A DNA stretch of 50,315 bases from Beijerinckiaceae bacterium (GTDB taxonomy: Bacteria > Pseudomonadota > Alphaproteobacteria > Rhizobiales > Beijerinckiaceae): positions 1 through 50,315 of the forward strand of contig JBOFUS010000149.1 of assembly GCA_051652685.1 (NCBI GenBank), in the 5' to 3' direction. A program made the position numbers and the translations under genes. Each line of letters begins with the position of its first letter. Within the stretch, counting starts at the first letter, position 1. Under the pieces are notes generated by a model. The model did no database searches. It saw nothing but the letters and a program-made list of their open reading frames with translations, and was not told where the DNA came from. Below, piece by piece: positions 34,310 through 43,153 of the stretch.

Positions 34310-35718
34310 TCATCCACGGAACCGTCGTGACGATGGATGGCAAGCGCCGCGTCATCGACGATGGCGCGGTGGCCATCGCGAAAGACCGCATCGTCGATGT
34401 CGGAACCACGACGGCGCTTGCGGCCCGGCACAGCGCGAAGAAGACCATCGACGCCACCGGACAGGCGGTGATGCCGGGGTTGGTCGATGTCCATGCCCAT
34501 GCCGGCCACGGCTTCATCAAGACGCTGGGCGGCGGTGATTCCAAGGCCTGGTACGACGCCTGCGGCTGGGCCTACACCGTGGGTTCGACGCCGGAATTCT
34601 GGCGGGCGGAGGCGCAGCTTGCGGCGCTTGAACGACTCAGGTTCGGCGTGACGACCGGCGTGTCGCTGCTGGGTGGTGGCGACACGATCATGCGGACGGA
34701 TGACCCGATCTATGGCGACGCACATTTCGATGGCGTCGCCGAAGTGGGCACCCGCTCCATCGTCGCCATCGGACCCACGCGGCCGCCGCATCCGCGCACC
34801 TATGCCAAGTGGAGCGGCGAGAAGGCCAAGAGCTTTCCCGTGAGCTACGAGCAGCAGCTTGCCACCTGCAGGACGCTGATCGACAGCTGGCACGGCAAAC
34901 AGGGCCAGCGCCTCAACGTGGCCCTGATCACGCCGACGCTGCGCGACGAGCACAAGCGCGAGCTTTCCGCCGATGACATGGCGAAGGCGCGGGCGCAGGC
35001 CGTGGAGGTGAGCCGGCTTGCGCGCGAGCGCGGGCTGGTCTTCACGCAGGACGGCCATTCGAAGGGCTCGGTCGCCTATGCCCATGAGATGGGCATCCTC
35101 GGCCCCGAGGCGCTGCTGTCGCATTCCACGGACCTGACGGACGACGAGATCCGCATCTGCGCCGAAACCGACACGAAGATCGCGCATAACCCCAGCGCCA
35201 TCGCCTCGGTGCTCGGCCGCTGCCCGGCCCCGGAGCTGATCGCCGCCGGCGTCACCGTCGGCCTCGGCTCGGACGCGACCGCGCCTGACCGTTCCGGCGA
35301 CATGTTCCGCCACATGCAGCAATGCATGCACTACCACCGCAGGCATTTCCGCGATCCGAAGGTGCTGCCGCCGGGCAAGGTGCTGGCGATGGCGACGATT
35401 GACGCGGCCAGGGCGGTCGGCATGGAGAAGGACATCGGCTCGCTGGAGAAGGGCAAGAAGGCCGACGTGATCCTCGTCGATCTCGCCCGCCCCCACACCT
35501 ACCCGCCGCATATGCCGGTCTTCCGTCTTGTCTATTTCTGCAACGGCAACGACGTGACGACGGTGATCTGCGACGGGCGGATCGCGATGCGCGACCGCAA
35601 GCCGGCCTTCGTCAAGGAGGCGGAGGTGCTGGAGAATGCGCGCATCGAGGCCGACCACATGATCCGGCGCGGCAAGTTCGGGAAGTTGCTGGAGATTCCC
35701 GATGGTTTCTGGGGCTGA
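34288..35718 (+). CDS. Metal-dependent amidohydrolase (deaminase/chlorohydrolase-like, TRZ/ATZ-type superfamily member)
   Basis: 476 aa. GGAGGA precedes the ATG. HxH motif in PGLVDVHAHAGHG; later GSDATAPD. Overlaps the ATPase gene by 22 nt. Confidence 0.8.
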   Translation: MADIDLLIIHGTVVTMDGKRRVIDDGAVAIAKDRIVDVGTTTALAARHSAKKTIDATGQAVMPGLVDVHAHAGHGFIKTLGGGDSKAWYDACGWAYTVGSTPEFWRAEAQLAALERLRFGVTTGVSLLGGGDTIMRTDDPIYGDAHFDGVAEVGTRSIVAIGPTRPPHPRTYAKWSGEKAKSFPVSYEQQLATCRTLIDSWHGKQGQRLNVALITPTLRDEHKRELSADDMAKARAQAVEVSRLARERGLVFTQDGHSKGSVAYAHEMGILGPEALLSHSTDLTDDEIRICAETDTKIAHNPSAIASVLGRCPAPELIAAGVTVGLGSDATAPDRSGDMFRHMQQCMHYHRRHFRDPKVLPPGKVLAMATIDAARAVGMEKDIGSLEKGKKADVILVDLARPHTYPPHMPVFRLVYFCNGNDVTTVICDGRIAMRDRKPAFVKEAEVLENARIEADHMIRRGKFGKLLEIPDGFWG

Positions 35719-35737
35719 GCAGGGCGGGTTCTACCCG

Positions 35738-35825
35738 AGGGCAATCGCTTGAATCGCCAACCGGACTCCCTTCCCCGCAAGGAGGAGGGAAATAGTCCTA
35801 CACTCGGTCTTCAAGCGATTGCCCT
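35738..35825. repeat. 88-bp hairpin-forming element with 16-bp perfect terminal inverted repeats between convergent genes
   Basis: agggcaatcgcttgaa (35738-35753) and ttcaagcgattgccct (35810-35825), with an inner imperfect hairpin around ccttccccgcaaggaggaggg. Candidate bidirectional terminator or miniature repeat. Confidence 0.6.
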
Positions 35826-35830
35826 GGTTT

Positions 35831-36496
35831 CTAACCTCCCGCAGTCTCACTCTTTGCCGCCGCCCATTCCGCATAGCTGTCGCGGACAAGGTCGAAGCGG
35901 TCGTTCTGGCGGGCGTAGCCGTTGGCGAACATGCGGCCCACCGGCTTGTAGTCGGTGAGGCTCACGCGCAAGGTCTTCGGATCGACCAGCCCTGCGCGCG
36001 CATGGATATGGACCACCTCGCCAATCACCAGCTCGCGCGTCGGGCTGAAGCTCAGCGTCGTGTGCTTGCGGCATTCGAAGGCGAAGGGCGCTTCCGCGAT
36101 GCGCGGAACGGGAAGCGCGGCACCCGCCCTCAGCGTGAAGCCGGCCGGGTTGATCTCGCTGAGATCAGGCGGGAATTCCATGGCCGTGATGTTCATGCCG
36201 GCAGCCAGATCCTCATCCACCATGTTGACGACGAAGACGCCGGAACGCTGGATGTTCCGGCTCGTGTCCTTCGGCGTGACGCCGCCCTCGGCATTCGTGC
36301 GGTGCTGCAATCCCAGCACGATCAGCGCGGGGGCCTCCGAGAACACGTTGAAGAAGCTGAAGGGCGCGGCATTCACCACGCCCGTCTCCGAGACAGAGGT
36401 GACAAGCGCGATCGGGCGCGGGCAGATCGCGGCGCACAGCAGCTTGTAGCGCTCGATGGGTGCCAGATCGGCGAAGCTGGCGGACAAGGGGGTCAT
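35831..36496 (-). CDS. Flavin reductase-domain protein (FMN-binding split barrel)
   Basis: 221 aa. CPRPIALVTSVSETGVVNAAPFSFFNVFS is typical of the flavin_reduct family. Confidence 0.8.
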   Translation of the reverse strand: MTPLSASFADLAPIERYKLLCAAICPRPIALVTSVSETGVVNAAPFSFFNVFSEAPALIVLGLQHRTNAEGGVTPKDTSRNIQRSGVFVVNMVDEDLAAGMNITAMEFPPDLSEINPAGFTLRAGAALPVPRIAEAPFAFECRKHTTLSFSPTRELVIGEVVHIHARAGLVDPKTLRVSLTDYKPVGRMFANGYARQNDRFDLVRDSYAEWAAAKSETAGG

Positions 36497-36602
36497 GTGT
36501 TGTTGTCCATGGAATTGCGCACGGATGGTGCGGGTTCAAAATGGCAGTGGCTTGGGTCAAGTGCGTGGTGGAAACCATCTGTTCCAGCCTGTTGACGGCG
36601 CG

Positions 36603-38066
36603 TCAGGTCAGCTTTGCGCCAAAGTTCAGCGCCGGTATCCATTCCGGCTGCCGCCGGCCCGTGGGCTCTGCGGCGGCTCCCGCCTTGCGCGGCAGGAACG
36701 CGCCGCTGCCCGGAGCGGCGTTGCAGACACCGTCCTCGACGATGATCTCGCCCCGGCGAATGACAAGGACAGGCCAGCCCTTCACGCGGCGGCCGGAATA
36801 GGGCGTGTAGCGCGTGTTGTCCGCCACATCGGCGTCGGCAAGCGTCACCGTCTTTTTCGTGTCCCAGATGCAGATATCGGCGTCTCCGCCGATGGCGAGC
36901 GAGCCCTTGCGGGGATGCAGGCCATAGATTTTCGCTGGCTCCGTGCAATTGAGCGCCACGAAATCCTGCAATGTTCCGCGCCCCTTGCTGACCAGCGCGT
37001 CGAACAGCAGCGGCAGGCGCTGGGTCAGGCCGGGCAACCCGTTCGCCATCTGCTTGAAGGTGGCGTCCGGGCCAGCCGAAAGCTTGCCCGTCGCATCATA
37101 GGCATAGGGCGCGTGGTCGGACGAGACGACCTGAAGATCGCGCCTGAGCAGCGCCGCCCAGAGCGCGTCCTGATCGGCGATGGTGCGGGGTGGCGGGCTG
37201 CACATCCATTTCGCGCCATGGGTTCCCGGCTTGTCGAGGTCCTTTGCCGTCAGGAACAGGTACTGCGGGCAGGTCTCGGCAAACACCTTAACCCCACGCC
37301 CCTGCGCCTGCCGGATCAGGGCCGCGCCTTCGGCTGTCGAGACATGAAAGATCATGATCGGCTGGTCGAGGAACTCCGCAATGGCGATCAGGCGCTGGAA
37401 CGCCTCGATCTCCGACAGTCGCGGATGGGACACCGCGTGGTATTTCGGCGCGGTGTAGCCCCTCGCGATGAGTTTCTTCGACATCCAGGCGATCAGGCCG
37501 TGGTTTTCGGCATGGACGCAGATCATGGCCTTCAGCTCCCGCGCGCGGGCGAGCACATCGATCAGCTTGTCGTCGTCCACCTTCAGCTTGTCATAGGTCA
37601 TGAACAGCTTGATCGAGGCGTGACCCTCGCGGACCAGCGCCGGCAGGTCCGTTTCCAGCGCCTCCTCCGTCGGATCAGCCACGATCATGTGGAAACAATG
37701 GTCGATGATCGCGCCCTTTCCTGCGAGCAGGGCGTAGTCGTCGACCACTTTCCGCAACCGTATCCCGACATGCTGGGCCGCAAACGAGATGACCGTCGTC
37801 GTGCCGCCAAGCGCAGCTGCGCGGGTGGCGCTCTCGAAGGTGTCGGCGTTCATGATGCCGGCGGCGGACAGCTGCTCGATATGGGCGTGGCTGTCGACGC
37901 CGCCCGGAAGAACCAGCCTGCCTTTCGCACCGATCACGCGTTTTGCCGCGCCGAGATCGCGGCCAATCGCGGCGATGCGGCCATCGCGGATGCCGATATC
38001 GGCCAGCATGACATCGACGGCAGTGGCAATGGTTCCGCCGGCGATGACCAGATCAAACGGCTGCAT
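36603..38066 (-). CDS. D-hydantoinase / dihydropyrimidinase
   Basis: Start taken at ATG 38066 (MQPFDLVIAGG). Motifs GGVDSHAHIEQ, IKLFMTY (carboxylated Lys), VHAENH, FHVST and SSDHAP. Confidence 0.85.
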   Translation of the reverse strand: MQPFDLVIAGGTIATAVDVMLADIGIRDGRIAAIGRDLGAAKRVIGAKGRLVLPGGVDSHAHIEQLSAAGIMNADTFESATRAAALGGTTTVISFAAQHVGIRLRKVVDDYALLAGKGAIIDHCFHMIVADPTEEALETDLPALVREGHASIKLFMTYDKLKVDDDKLIDVLARARELKAMICVHAENHGLIAWMSKKLIARGYTAPKYHAVSHPRLSEIEAFQRLIAIAEFLDQPIMIFHVSTAEGAALIRQAQGRGVKVFAETCPQYLFLTAKDLDKPGTHGAKWMCSPPPRTIADQDALWAALLRRDLQVVSSDHAPYAYDATGKLSAGPDATFKQMANGLPGLTQRLPLLFDALVSKGRGTLQDFVALNCTEPAKIYGLHPRKGSLAIGGDADICIWDTKKTVTLADADVADNTRYTPYSGRRVKGWPVLVIRRGEIIVEDGVCNAAPGSGAFLPRKAGAAAEPTGRRQPEWIPALNFGAKLT

Positions 38067-38192
38067 CCTGTCCCGCCCCCCCGCGCGCACATCCCGAACG
38101 CAAGCGTATTGCGCCTTCTCTCGAAGAGCCTAGTTTGTGCAGCCACTCCTGTGAAGCCTCGCCCCGTTTGAAGATTTGCCGCGAAAGCGATC

Positions 38193-38843
38193 ATGAACCC
38201 GATCATCGTCATCAACCCCAATTCCAACCCGGCTGTCACCAAAGGCTTCGACGAGGCGCTGGAGCCGCTGCGCCGGCCGGGCGCACCGCCCATCCTGTGC
38301 GAGACGCTTGCCGAGGGGCCGTTCGGCGTGGAAACGCAGGCCCATGTGGAGCAGGTGGCGCTGCCTCTGGCGCGTTTCGTCGCAGGCCGGCCGGATGCGG
38401 GGGCCTTCGTCATCGCCTGCTATTCCGATCCCGGCCTCTTCGTCTGCCGCGAGGCGACGCCACGCCCGGTCTTCGGCATCGCCGAATGCGGATTGCTGAC
38501 GGCGCTGGCGCGGGGTGGGCGTTTCGGCGTCATCGCCATCGCGAAACGCTCCATTCCCCGCCACATCCGCATGATGCGCCAGATGGGCATCATGGAAAGG
38601 CTGGCCGGAGAGCGACCGCTGGAGATGAGCGTGGCCGAGACCGCGTCTGGCGATGGCACGCTCGCCCGCATGATCACGGTGGGCGCGGAACTCAGGGATA
38701 TCGAAGGCGCGGACGTCATCGTCATGGGCTGCGCCGGCATGGCGCGCCACCGCAGGGCGCTGGAGGAAGCGCTCGGCGTTCCGGTCATCGACCCCGTGCA
38801 GGCGGCGGTTGCCATGGCTCTGGGGACGGTGAGTTTCGGGTAG
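38193..38843 (+). CDS. Hydantoin/allantoin racemase-family protein with both catalytic cysteines
   Basis: 216 aa. MNPIIVINPNSN; IACYSDPGL and VMGCAGM motifs both present. Confidence 0.85.
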   Translation: MNPIIVINPNSNPAVTKGFDEALEPLRRPGAPPILCETLAEGPFGVETQAHVEQVALPLARFVAGRPDAGAFVIACYSDPGLFVCREATPRPVFGIAECGLLTALARGGRFGVIAIAKRSIPRHIRMMRQMGIMERLAGERPLEMSVAETASGDGTLARMITVGAELRDIEGADVIVMGCAGMARHRRALEEALGVPVIDPVQAAVAMALGTVSFG

Positions 38844-38864
38844 AAGCCCTGCTCCGCGTTCGCC

Positions 38865-39560
38865 TCACACGCTCATCAGCCGACGGATTTCCGTCTCGTT
38901 CATGGTGGCGCGGTCGCCTGCGAGCGCGATTTCGCCGCGCTCCATCACATGCCAGACGTCGGCAAGTTCCCTGGCAAAGTCGAAGTATTGCTCGACGAGA
39001 ATAATCGCCATGCCGCCCTTGTTGCGCAGGTAGGAGATGGTCCGGCCGATATCCTTGATGATGGAGGGCTGGATGCCCTCCGTCGGCTCGTCCAGCACCA
39101 GCACCTTGGGCCGCATCACGAGCGCGCGCGCGATGGAGAGTTGCTGCTGTTGCCCGCCGGAGAGATCGCCACCGCGCCGGCCGAGCATGGATTTCAGCAC
39201 GGGAAACAGATCGAAGAGTTCGTCCGGTATGTGGCGTTCGGCGCGGGGCAGCGGCGCAAAGCCCGTCTCGAGATTTTCCCTGACCGTCAGCAGCGGGAAG
39301 ATCTCGCGGCCCTGCGGCACGAAGGCGATGCCGCGCCGCGCCCGGTCCTCCGGCTTCAGGGCGTCGATGCGCTCGCTGCCAAGGCTGATCGTGCCCGCGC
39401 TGATTGGCTGATGCCCGACGATCGCCCGCATCAGCGAGGTCTTGCCGACGCCGTTGCGGCCAAGCACGCAGGTGACCTCGCCGGGCTTTGCAGTGAGCGA
39501 CACGGATTTCAGCGCCTGCGCCGCGCCGTAGTGGAGATTGATGGCGTCAACGGTCAGCAT
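38865..39560 (-). CDS. urtE: Urea ABC transporter ATP-binding subunit UrtE
   Basis: ATG at 39560 (MLTVDAINLHYG). GRNGVGKTS, LSGGQQQQL, VLDEPTEGIQPSI. Last gene of the urtABCDE order. Confidence 0.9.
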   Translation of the reverse strand: MLTVDAINLHYGAAQALKSVSLTAKPGEVTCVLGRNGVGKTSLMRAIVGHQPISAGTISLGSERIDALKPEDRARRGIAFVPQGREIFPLLTVRENLETGFAPLPRAERHIPDELFDLFPVLKSMLGRRGGDLSGGQQQQLSIARALVMRPKVLVLDEPTEGIQPSIIKDIGRTISYLRNKGGMAIILVEQYFDFARELADVWHVMERGEIALAGDRATMNETEIRRLMSV

Positions 39561-39561
39561 G

Positions 39562-40314
39562 TCAGCGGCCAAGATAGACTTCGATCACGCGCGGATCGGC
39601 CGCGACGGCATCGAGTGACCCTTCAGACAGGACCGCGCCTTCGTGCAGGCAGGTGACCTTGCAGTCGAGCGCGCGCACGAACTGCATGTCGTGCTCGACG
39701 ACGATGACCGAATGGTCCCGGTTGATCTCCTTGAGAAGTTCGGCCGTCGCCTCCGTCTCTGCGTCGGTCATGCCGGCGACAGGTTCGTCGACAAGCAGCA
39801 ACTTGGGATCCTGCGCCAGCAGCATGGCAATCTCCAGCCATTGCTTCTGCCCGTGGCTCAGGTCGCCCGCCAGGCGCTCCCGGTGAGCGATGAGCCGGAC
39901 CTTTGAAAGGATCGCATCGATCCGCTCCGGGGGCACCCGGTTGCGCGCGCCAAAAAGGGCGGAGAACGGCCCGCGCGCGCCCTGGAGTGCCAGCAGCACA
40001 TTGTCGGCCACAGTGTGGCTTTCGAACACCGTCGGCTTCTGGAACTTGCGGCCGATGCCAAGCTCGGCGATCGCCGCCTCGTCGTAGCGGGTCAGGTCGA
40101 TCCTGCCGTTGTCAAACAGCACGTCGCCCGCATCCGCCCTGGTCTTGCCTGTGATGATATCCATCATCGTGGTCTTGCCGGCCCCGTTCGGGCCGATGAT
40201 GGCCCGCATCTCGCCGGTCTCCAGCGCGAGGCTGAGCCCCCGGATCGCCCTGAAGCCGTCAAACGAGACGCTGACCCCGTCAAGGTAGAGGATCGATTGC
40301 GTGACGGCGCTCAT
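39562..40314 (-). CDS. urtD: Urea ABC transporter ATP-binding subunit UrtD
   Basis: ATG at 40314 (MSAVTQSILYLDGVSVSFDGF). GPNGAGKTT, LSHGQKQWLEI. ATGA overlap with urtC. Confidence 0.9.
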   Translation of the reverse strand: MSAVTQSILYLDGVSVSFDGFRAIRGLSLALETGEMRAIIGPNGAGKTTMMDIITGKTRADAGDVLFDNGRIDLTRYDEAAIAELGIGRKFQKPTVFESHTVADNVLLALQGARGPFSALFGARNRVPPERIDAILSKVRLIAHRERLAGDLSHGQKQWLEIAMLLAQDPKLLLVDEPVAGMTDAETEATAELLKEINRDHSVIVVEHDMQFVRALDCKVTCLHEGAVLSEGSLDAVAADPRVIEVYLGR

Positions 40315-41450
40315 GGGGCGGCTTTCGTTGCCTGCACGCCGGTGGGCGGCTTCGGCCGCAATCTGGCGCTGACCTGATCCCACAGGCCGAGGATGCCCTT
40401 CGGCATGGCGAGCGTGACCAGCACGAACAGGCCGCCCAGCGCAAACAGCCAGTAGGCGGCAAGCCAGCCGGTGGTGAAGATCGTCTTCAGGTAGTTGACG
40501 ACAACCGCACCCAAAGCCGCGCCAACCAGCGTGCCGCGCCCGCCCACCGCGACCCAGACGACCGCTTCGATGGAGTTGGCCGGCGAGAATTCCGACGGGT
40601 TGATGATACCGACCTGCGGCACATAGAGCGCGCCGGCCACGCCCGCGATCATGGCGGAGAGGGTGAAAACGAGCAGCTTGTGGTGCTCGACGCGGTAGCC
40701 GAGAAAGCGCGTGCGGCTCTCGGCATCGCGGATGGCGACGAGCACCTTGCCATAGGTCGAGGAGACGACGACACGGCAGAGGAGAAACGTCAGCATCAGC
40801 ATCAGGCAGGTCAGCATGAAGAGCGTCACGCGCGTGCCTTGCGACTGGATGTTGAAGCCGAGGATATCCTTGAAATCGGTCAGCCCGTTGTTGCCGCCAA
40901 AGCCCATGTCGTTGCGGAAGAAGGCGAGGAAGAGCGCGTAGGTGAGCGCCTGCGTGATGATGGACAGATAGACGCCGGTGACACGGCTGCGAAAGGTCAG
41001 CCAGCCGAAGACGAAGGCCAGCAGCCCCGGCACCAGCAGCGCCATCGTCATGGCATAGGGGAAGTGCTGGAAGCCCCACCAGGTGACGGGCAGGTCCTTG
41101 TAGTTCAGAAACACCATGAAATCGGGCAGCACCGGATGGCCATAGACGCCGCGCGGGCCGATCTGGCGCATCAGGTACATGCCCATGGCATAGCCGCCGA
41201 GCGCGAAGAATGCGCCATGGCCGAGGCTGAGGATGCCGCAATAGCCCCAGGCCAGATCAAGCGCGATGGCCAGCATGGCATAGCAGAGATACTTGCCGAG
41301 CAGCACCACCGTGCCGGTCGGGATATGCAACGGCGACGACGGCGGAACCAGCATGTTGCAGACCGGCACGAGGATCATCGCCGCAGCAATGATGGCGAGG
41401 AAGATCGCGCCGCGTCCCTCGCTCAGCCTCAGGAAGCGCATGGTCAGCAT
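40311..41450 (-). CDS. urtC: Urea ABC transporter permease UrtC
   Basis: 379-aa LivM-like membrane protein with a typical UrtC core (GYCGILSLGHGAFFALGGY). Confidence 0.9.
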   Translation of the reverse strand: MLTMRFLRLSEGRGAIFLAIIAAAMILVPVCNMLVPPSSPLHIPTGTVVLLGKYLCYAMLAIALDLAWGYCGILSLGHGAFFALGGYAMGMYLMRQIGPRGVYGHPVLPDFMVFLNYKDLPVTWWGFQHFPYAMTMALLVPGLLAFVFGWLTFRSRVTGVYLSIITQALTYALFLAFFRNDMGFGGNNGLTDFKDILGFNIQSQGTRVTLFMLTCLMLMLTFLLCRVVVSSTYGKVLVAIRDAESRTRFLGYRVEHHKLLVFTLSAMIAGVAGALYVPQVGIINPSEFSPANSIEAVVWVAVGGRGTLVGAALGAVVVNYLKTIFTTGWLAAYWLFALGGLFVLVTLAMPKGILGLWDQVSARLRPKPPTGVQATKAAP

Positions 41451-41451
41451 C

Positions 41452-43068
41452 TCACTGCTCCACCGCCCGGCCCTTGAGAGCGAAGAGGCCGCGCGGCCGC
41501 TTCTGGATGAAGAGGATGAGGAGCACGAGAATGGCGATCTTGCCGAGCACCGCGCCGGCGAAGGGTTCCAGCAGCTTGTTGGCGATGCCCAGCGAGAAGG
41601 CCGATATCAGCGTTCCCCAGAGGTTGCCGACGCCGCCGAAAACCACGACCATGAAGCTGTCGATGATGTAGTTCTGCCCGAGGTTGGGCGACACGTTGTC
41701 GATCTGGCTGAGCGCCACGCCGGCGATGCCGGCGATGCCGGAGCCCAGCCCGAAGGTCATCGCATCCACGAACCGCGTGCGGATGCCCATCGACGCGGCC
41801 ATGCGGCGGTTCTGCGTGACGGCGCGCATCTGGAGGCCAAGTGATGTTGCCTTGAGCACGAACAGCAGCAGCGCGAACACGGCGAGCGTGAAGACGACGA
41901 TCCAGAGCCGGCCGTAGGTGATCTGCATGCCCAGAAACTCGAAGGAGCCCGCCATGTAGGACGGTGCCGAAACCTCGCGGTTTGTCGGACCGAACCAGGT
42001 GCGCACCGCCTGCTGGAGGATGAGGCTGACGCCGAAGGTGGCGAGCAGCGTCTCGAGCGGCCGGCCATAGAGGAAGCGGATCAGGCCGCGCTCGATCAGC
42101 ACGCCGATGAAGCCCGTGACAAGGAACGCGAGGGGAATGGCGAGCGGCAGCGACCAGTCGAGCAATCCGGGATAACGCGTTCGGAAGAACTCCTGCGTCA
42201 CGAAGGTTACATAGGCCCCGATCATCACCATCTCGCCATGGGCCATGTTGATAACGCCCATGACGCCGAAGGTGATGGCGAGGCCGATGGCCGCCAGCAG
42301 CAGCACCGAGCCCAGCGAGATGCCGAACCAGACCGTCTGGCCCGCCTGACGGAACTTCTGCGCGCTCTCGATCCGCGCGATGCCCTGGTCGATGATGGTC
42401 CTCAGCGCACCGGAAGACTCCGGCGCGAACTGGCGCAGGAGGGCGAGATTGTCCTGGTTGGCACCATCGGAGATCACGGTGGCGGCGGCCATCCGTTGCG
42501 CTGCTGCCTGGGATGGATCGGCGAGGATCGCGGCTGCGCGGGCTTCTTCCAGCGCGCGTTTCACGCGCGGCACTGTTTCCTTCTGGATGGCCTCGGCCAG
42601 CGCTGGCAGCGCCGTGGCGTCGCGGGAACGGAACACGGCCTGTGCCGCGCGCAATCTTTGCTGCGGATCCGGCGACAACAGCGTGAGAGACCCGATGGCC
42701 GCCTGCACGGCACTGCGCAGGCGGTTGTTGAGCCGCACGGCAGATGCATCGCCCGGCACGTCGGCAGGTTGCCCCGTCTTGGCGTCGAAACCGGCGCCCG
42801 CCGCGTTTTTCCAGTACACGGCCTTTGCCGAGGCGCTTGTGAAGAGCCGGCGATCACCAAGCGCCTGCAGCATGGCTGCGGCATGGGGCACGCCGGAAGA
42901 CGCGGTGGCGGCGATCGCGGCCTCGGTGTCTGCAAAGCTGTCGGCAAGGAAACGCGCAACCACCTCGTCGGGAAGCTGTTGCGCATGCATCGGCAGGACA
43001 GTGGCGACAAGCACAACCGCCAGGAGCAACACACGCCGGAGAAGTCCAAGGATGCTGGTCATGGTCAC
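41452..43068 (-). CDS. urtB: Urea ABC transporter permease UrtB with a ~245-aa N-terminal extracytoplasmic extension
   Basis: 538 aa: signal-like N-terminus, Ala-rich soluble region, then a LivH-like core (GVINMAHGEMVMIGAY). GTG at 43068 or ATG at 43062. Confidence 0.9.
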   Translation of the reverse strand: MTMTSILGLLRRVLLLAVVLVATVLPMHAQQLPDEVVARFLADSFADTEAAIAATASSGVPHAAAMLQALGDRRLFTSASAKAVYWKNAAGAGFDAKTGQPADVPGDASAVRLNNRLRSAVQAAIGSLTLLSPDPQQRLRAAQAVFRSRDATALPALAEAIQKETVPRVKRALEEARAAAILADPSQAAAQRMAAATVISDGANQDNLALLRQFAPESSGALRTIIDQGIARIESAQKFRQAGQTVWFGISLGSVLLLAAIGLAITFGVMGVINMAHGEMVMIGAYVTFVTQEFFRTRYPGLLDWSLPLAIPLAFLVTGFIGVLIERGLIRFLYGRPLETLLATFGVSLILQQAVRTWFGPTNREVSAPSYMAGSFEFLGMQITYGRLWIVVFTLAVFALLLFVLKATSLGLQMRAVTQNRRMAASMGIRTRFVDAMTFGLGSGIAGIAGVALSQIDNVSPNLGQNYIIDSFMVVVFGGVGNLWGTLISAFSLGIANKLLEPFAGAVLGKIAILVLLILFIQKRPRGLFALKGRAVEQ

Positions 43069-43091
43069 CGGCGATATATGTCAAGAGAAGA

Positions 43092-43110
43092 GCGGCGCAA
43101 GCTGCGCCGC
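43092..43110 (-). terminator. Short GC hairpin after urtA (partial terminator or attenuator)
   Basis: gcggcgca-agc-tgcgccgc (8-bp stem), followed on the minus strand by a T-rich tract (ttctcttgacatatat). Confidence 0.4.
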
Positions 43111-43153
43111 CCCGGTGATGCGCCTCGGGAGGAGGTGAGGCGCGCGTTGGGTC

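Noticed and set aside
38091-38192. Possible sigma54 motif (AGGCGCAATACGCTTGCG) upstream of the hydantoinase gene.
   Set aside because: The GG to GC spacing is 12 rather than 10 nt, so it does not fit the -24/-12 geometry. The cgcaa-N5-ttgcg palindrome there may instead be an operator, but that is unsupported.
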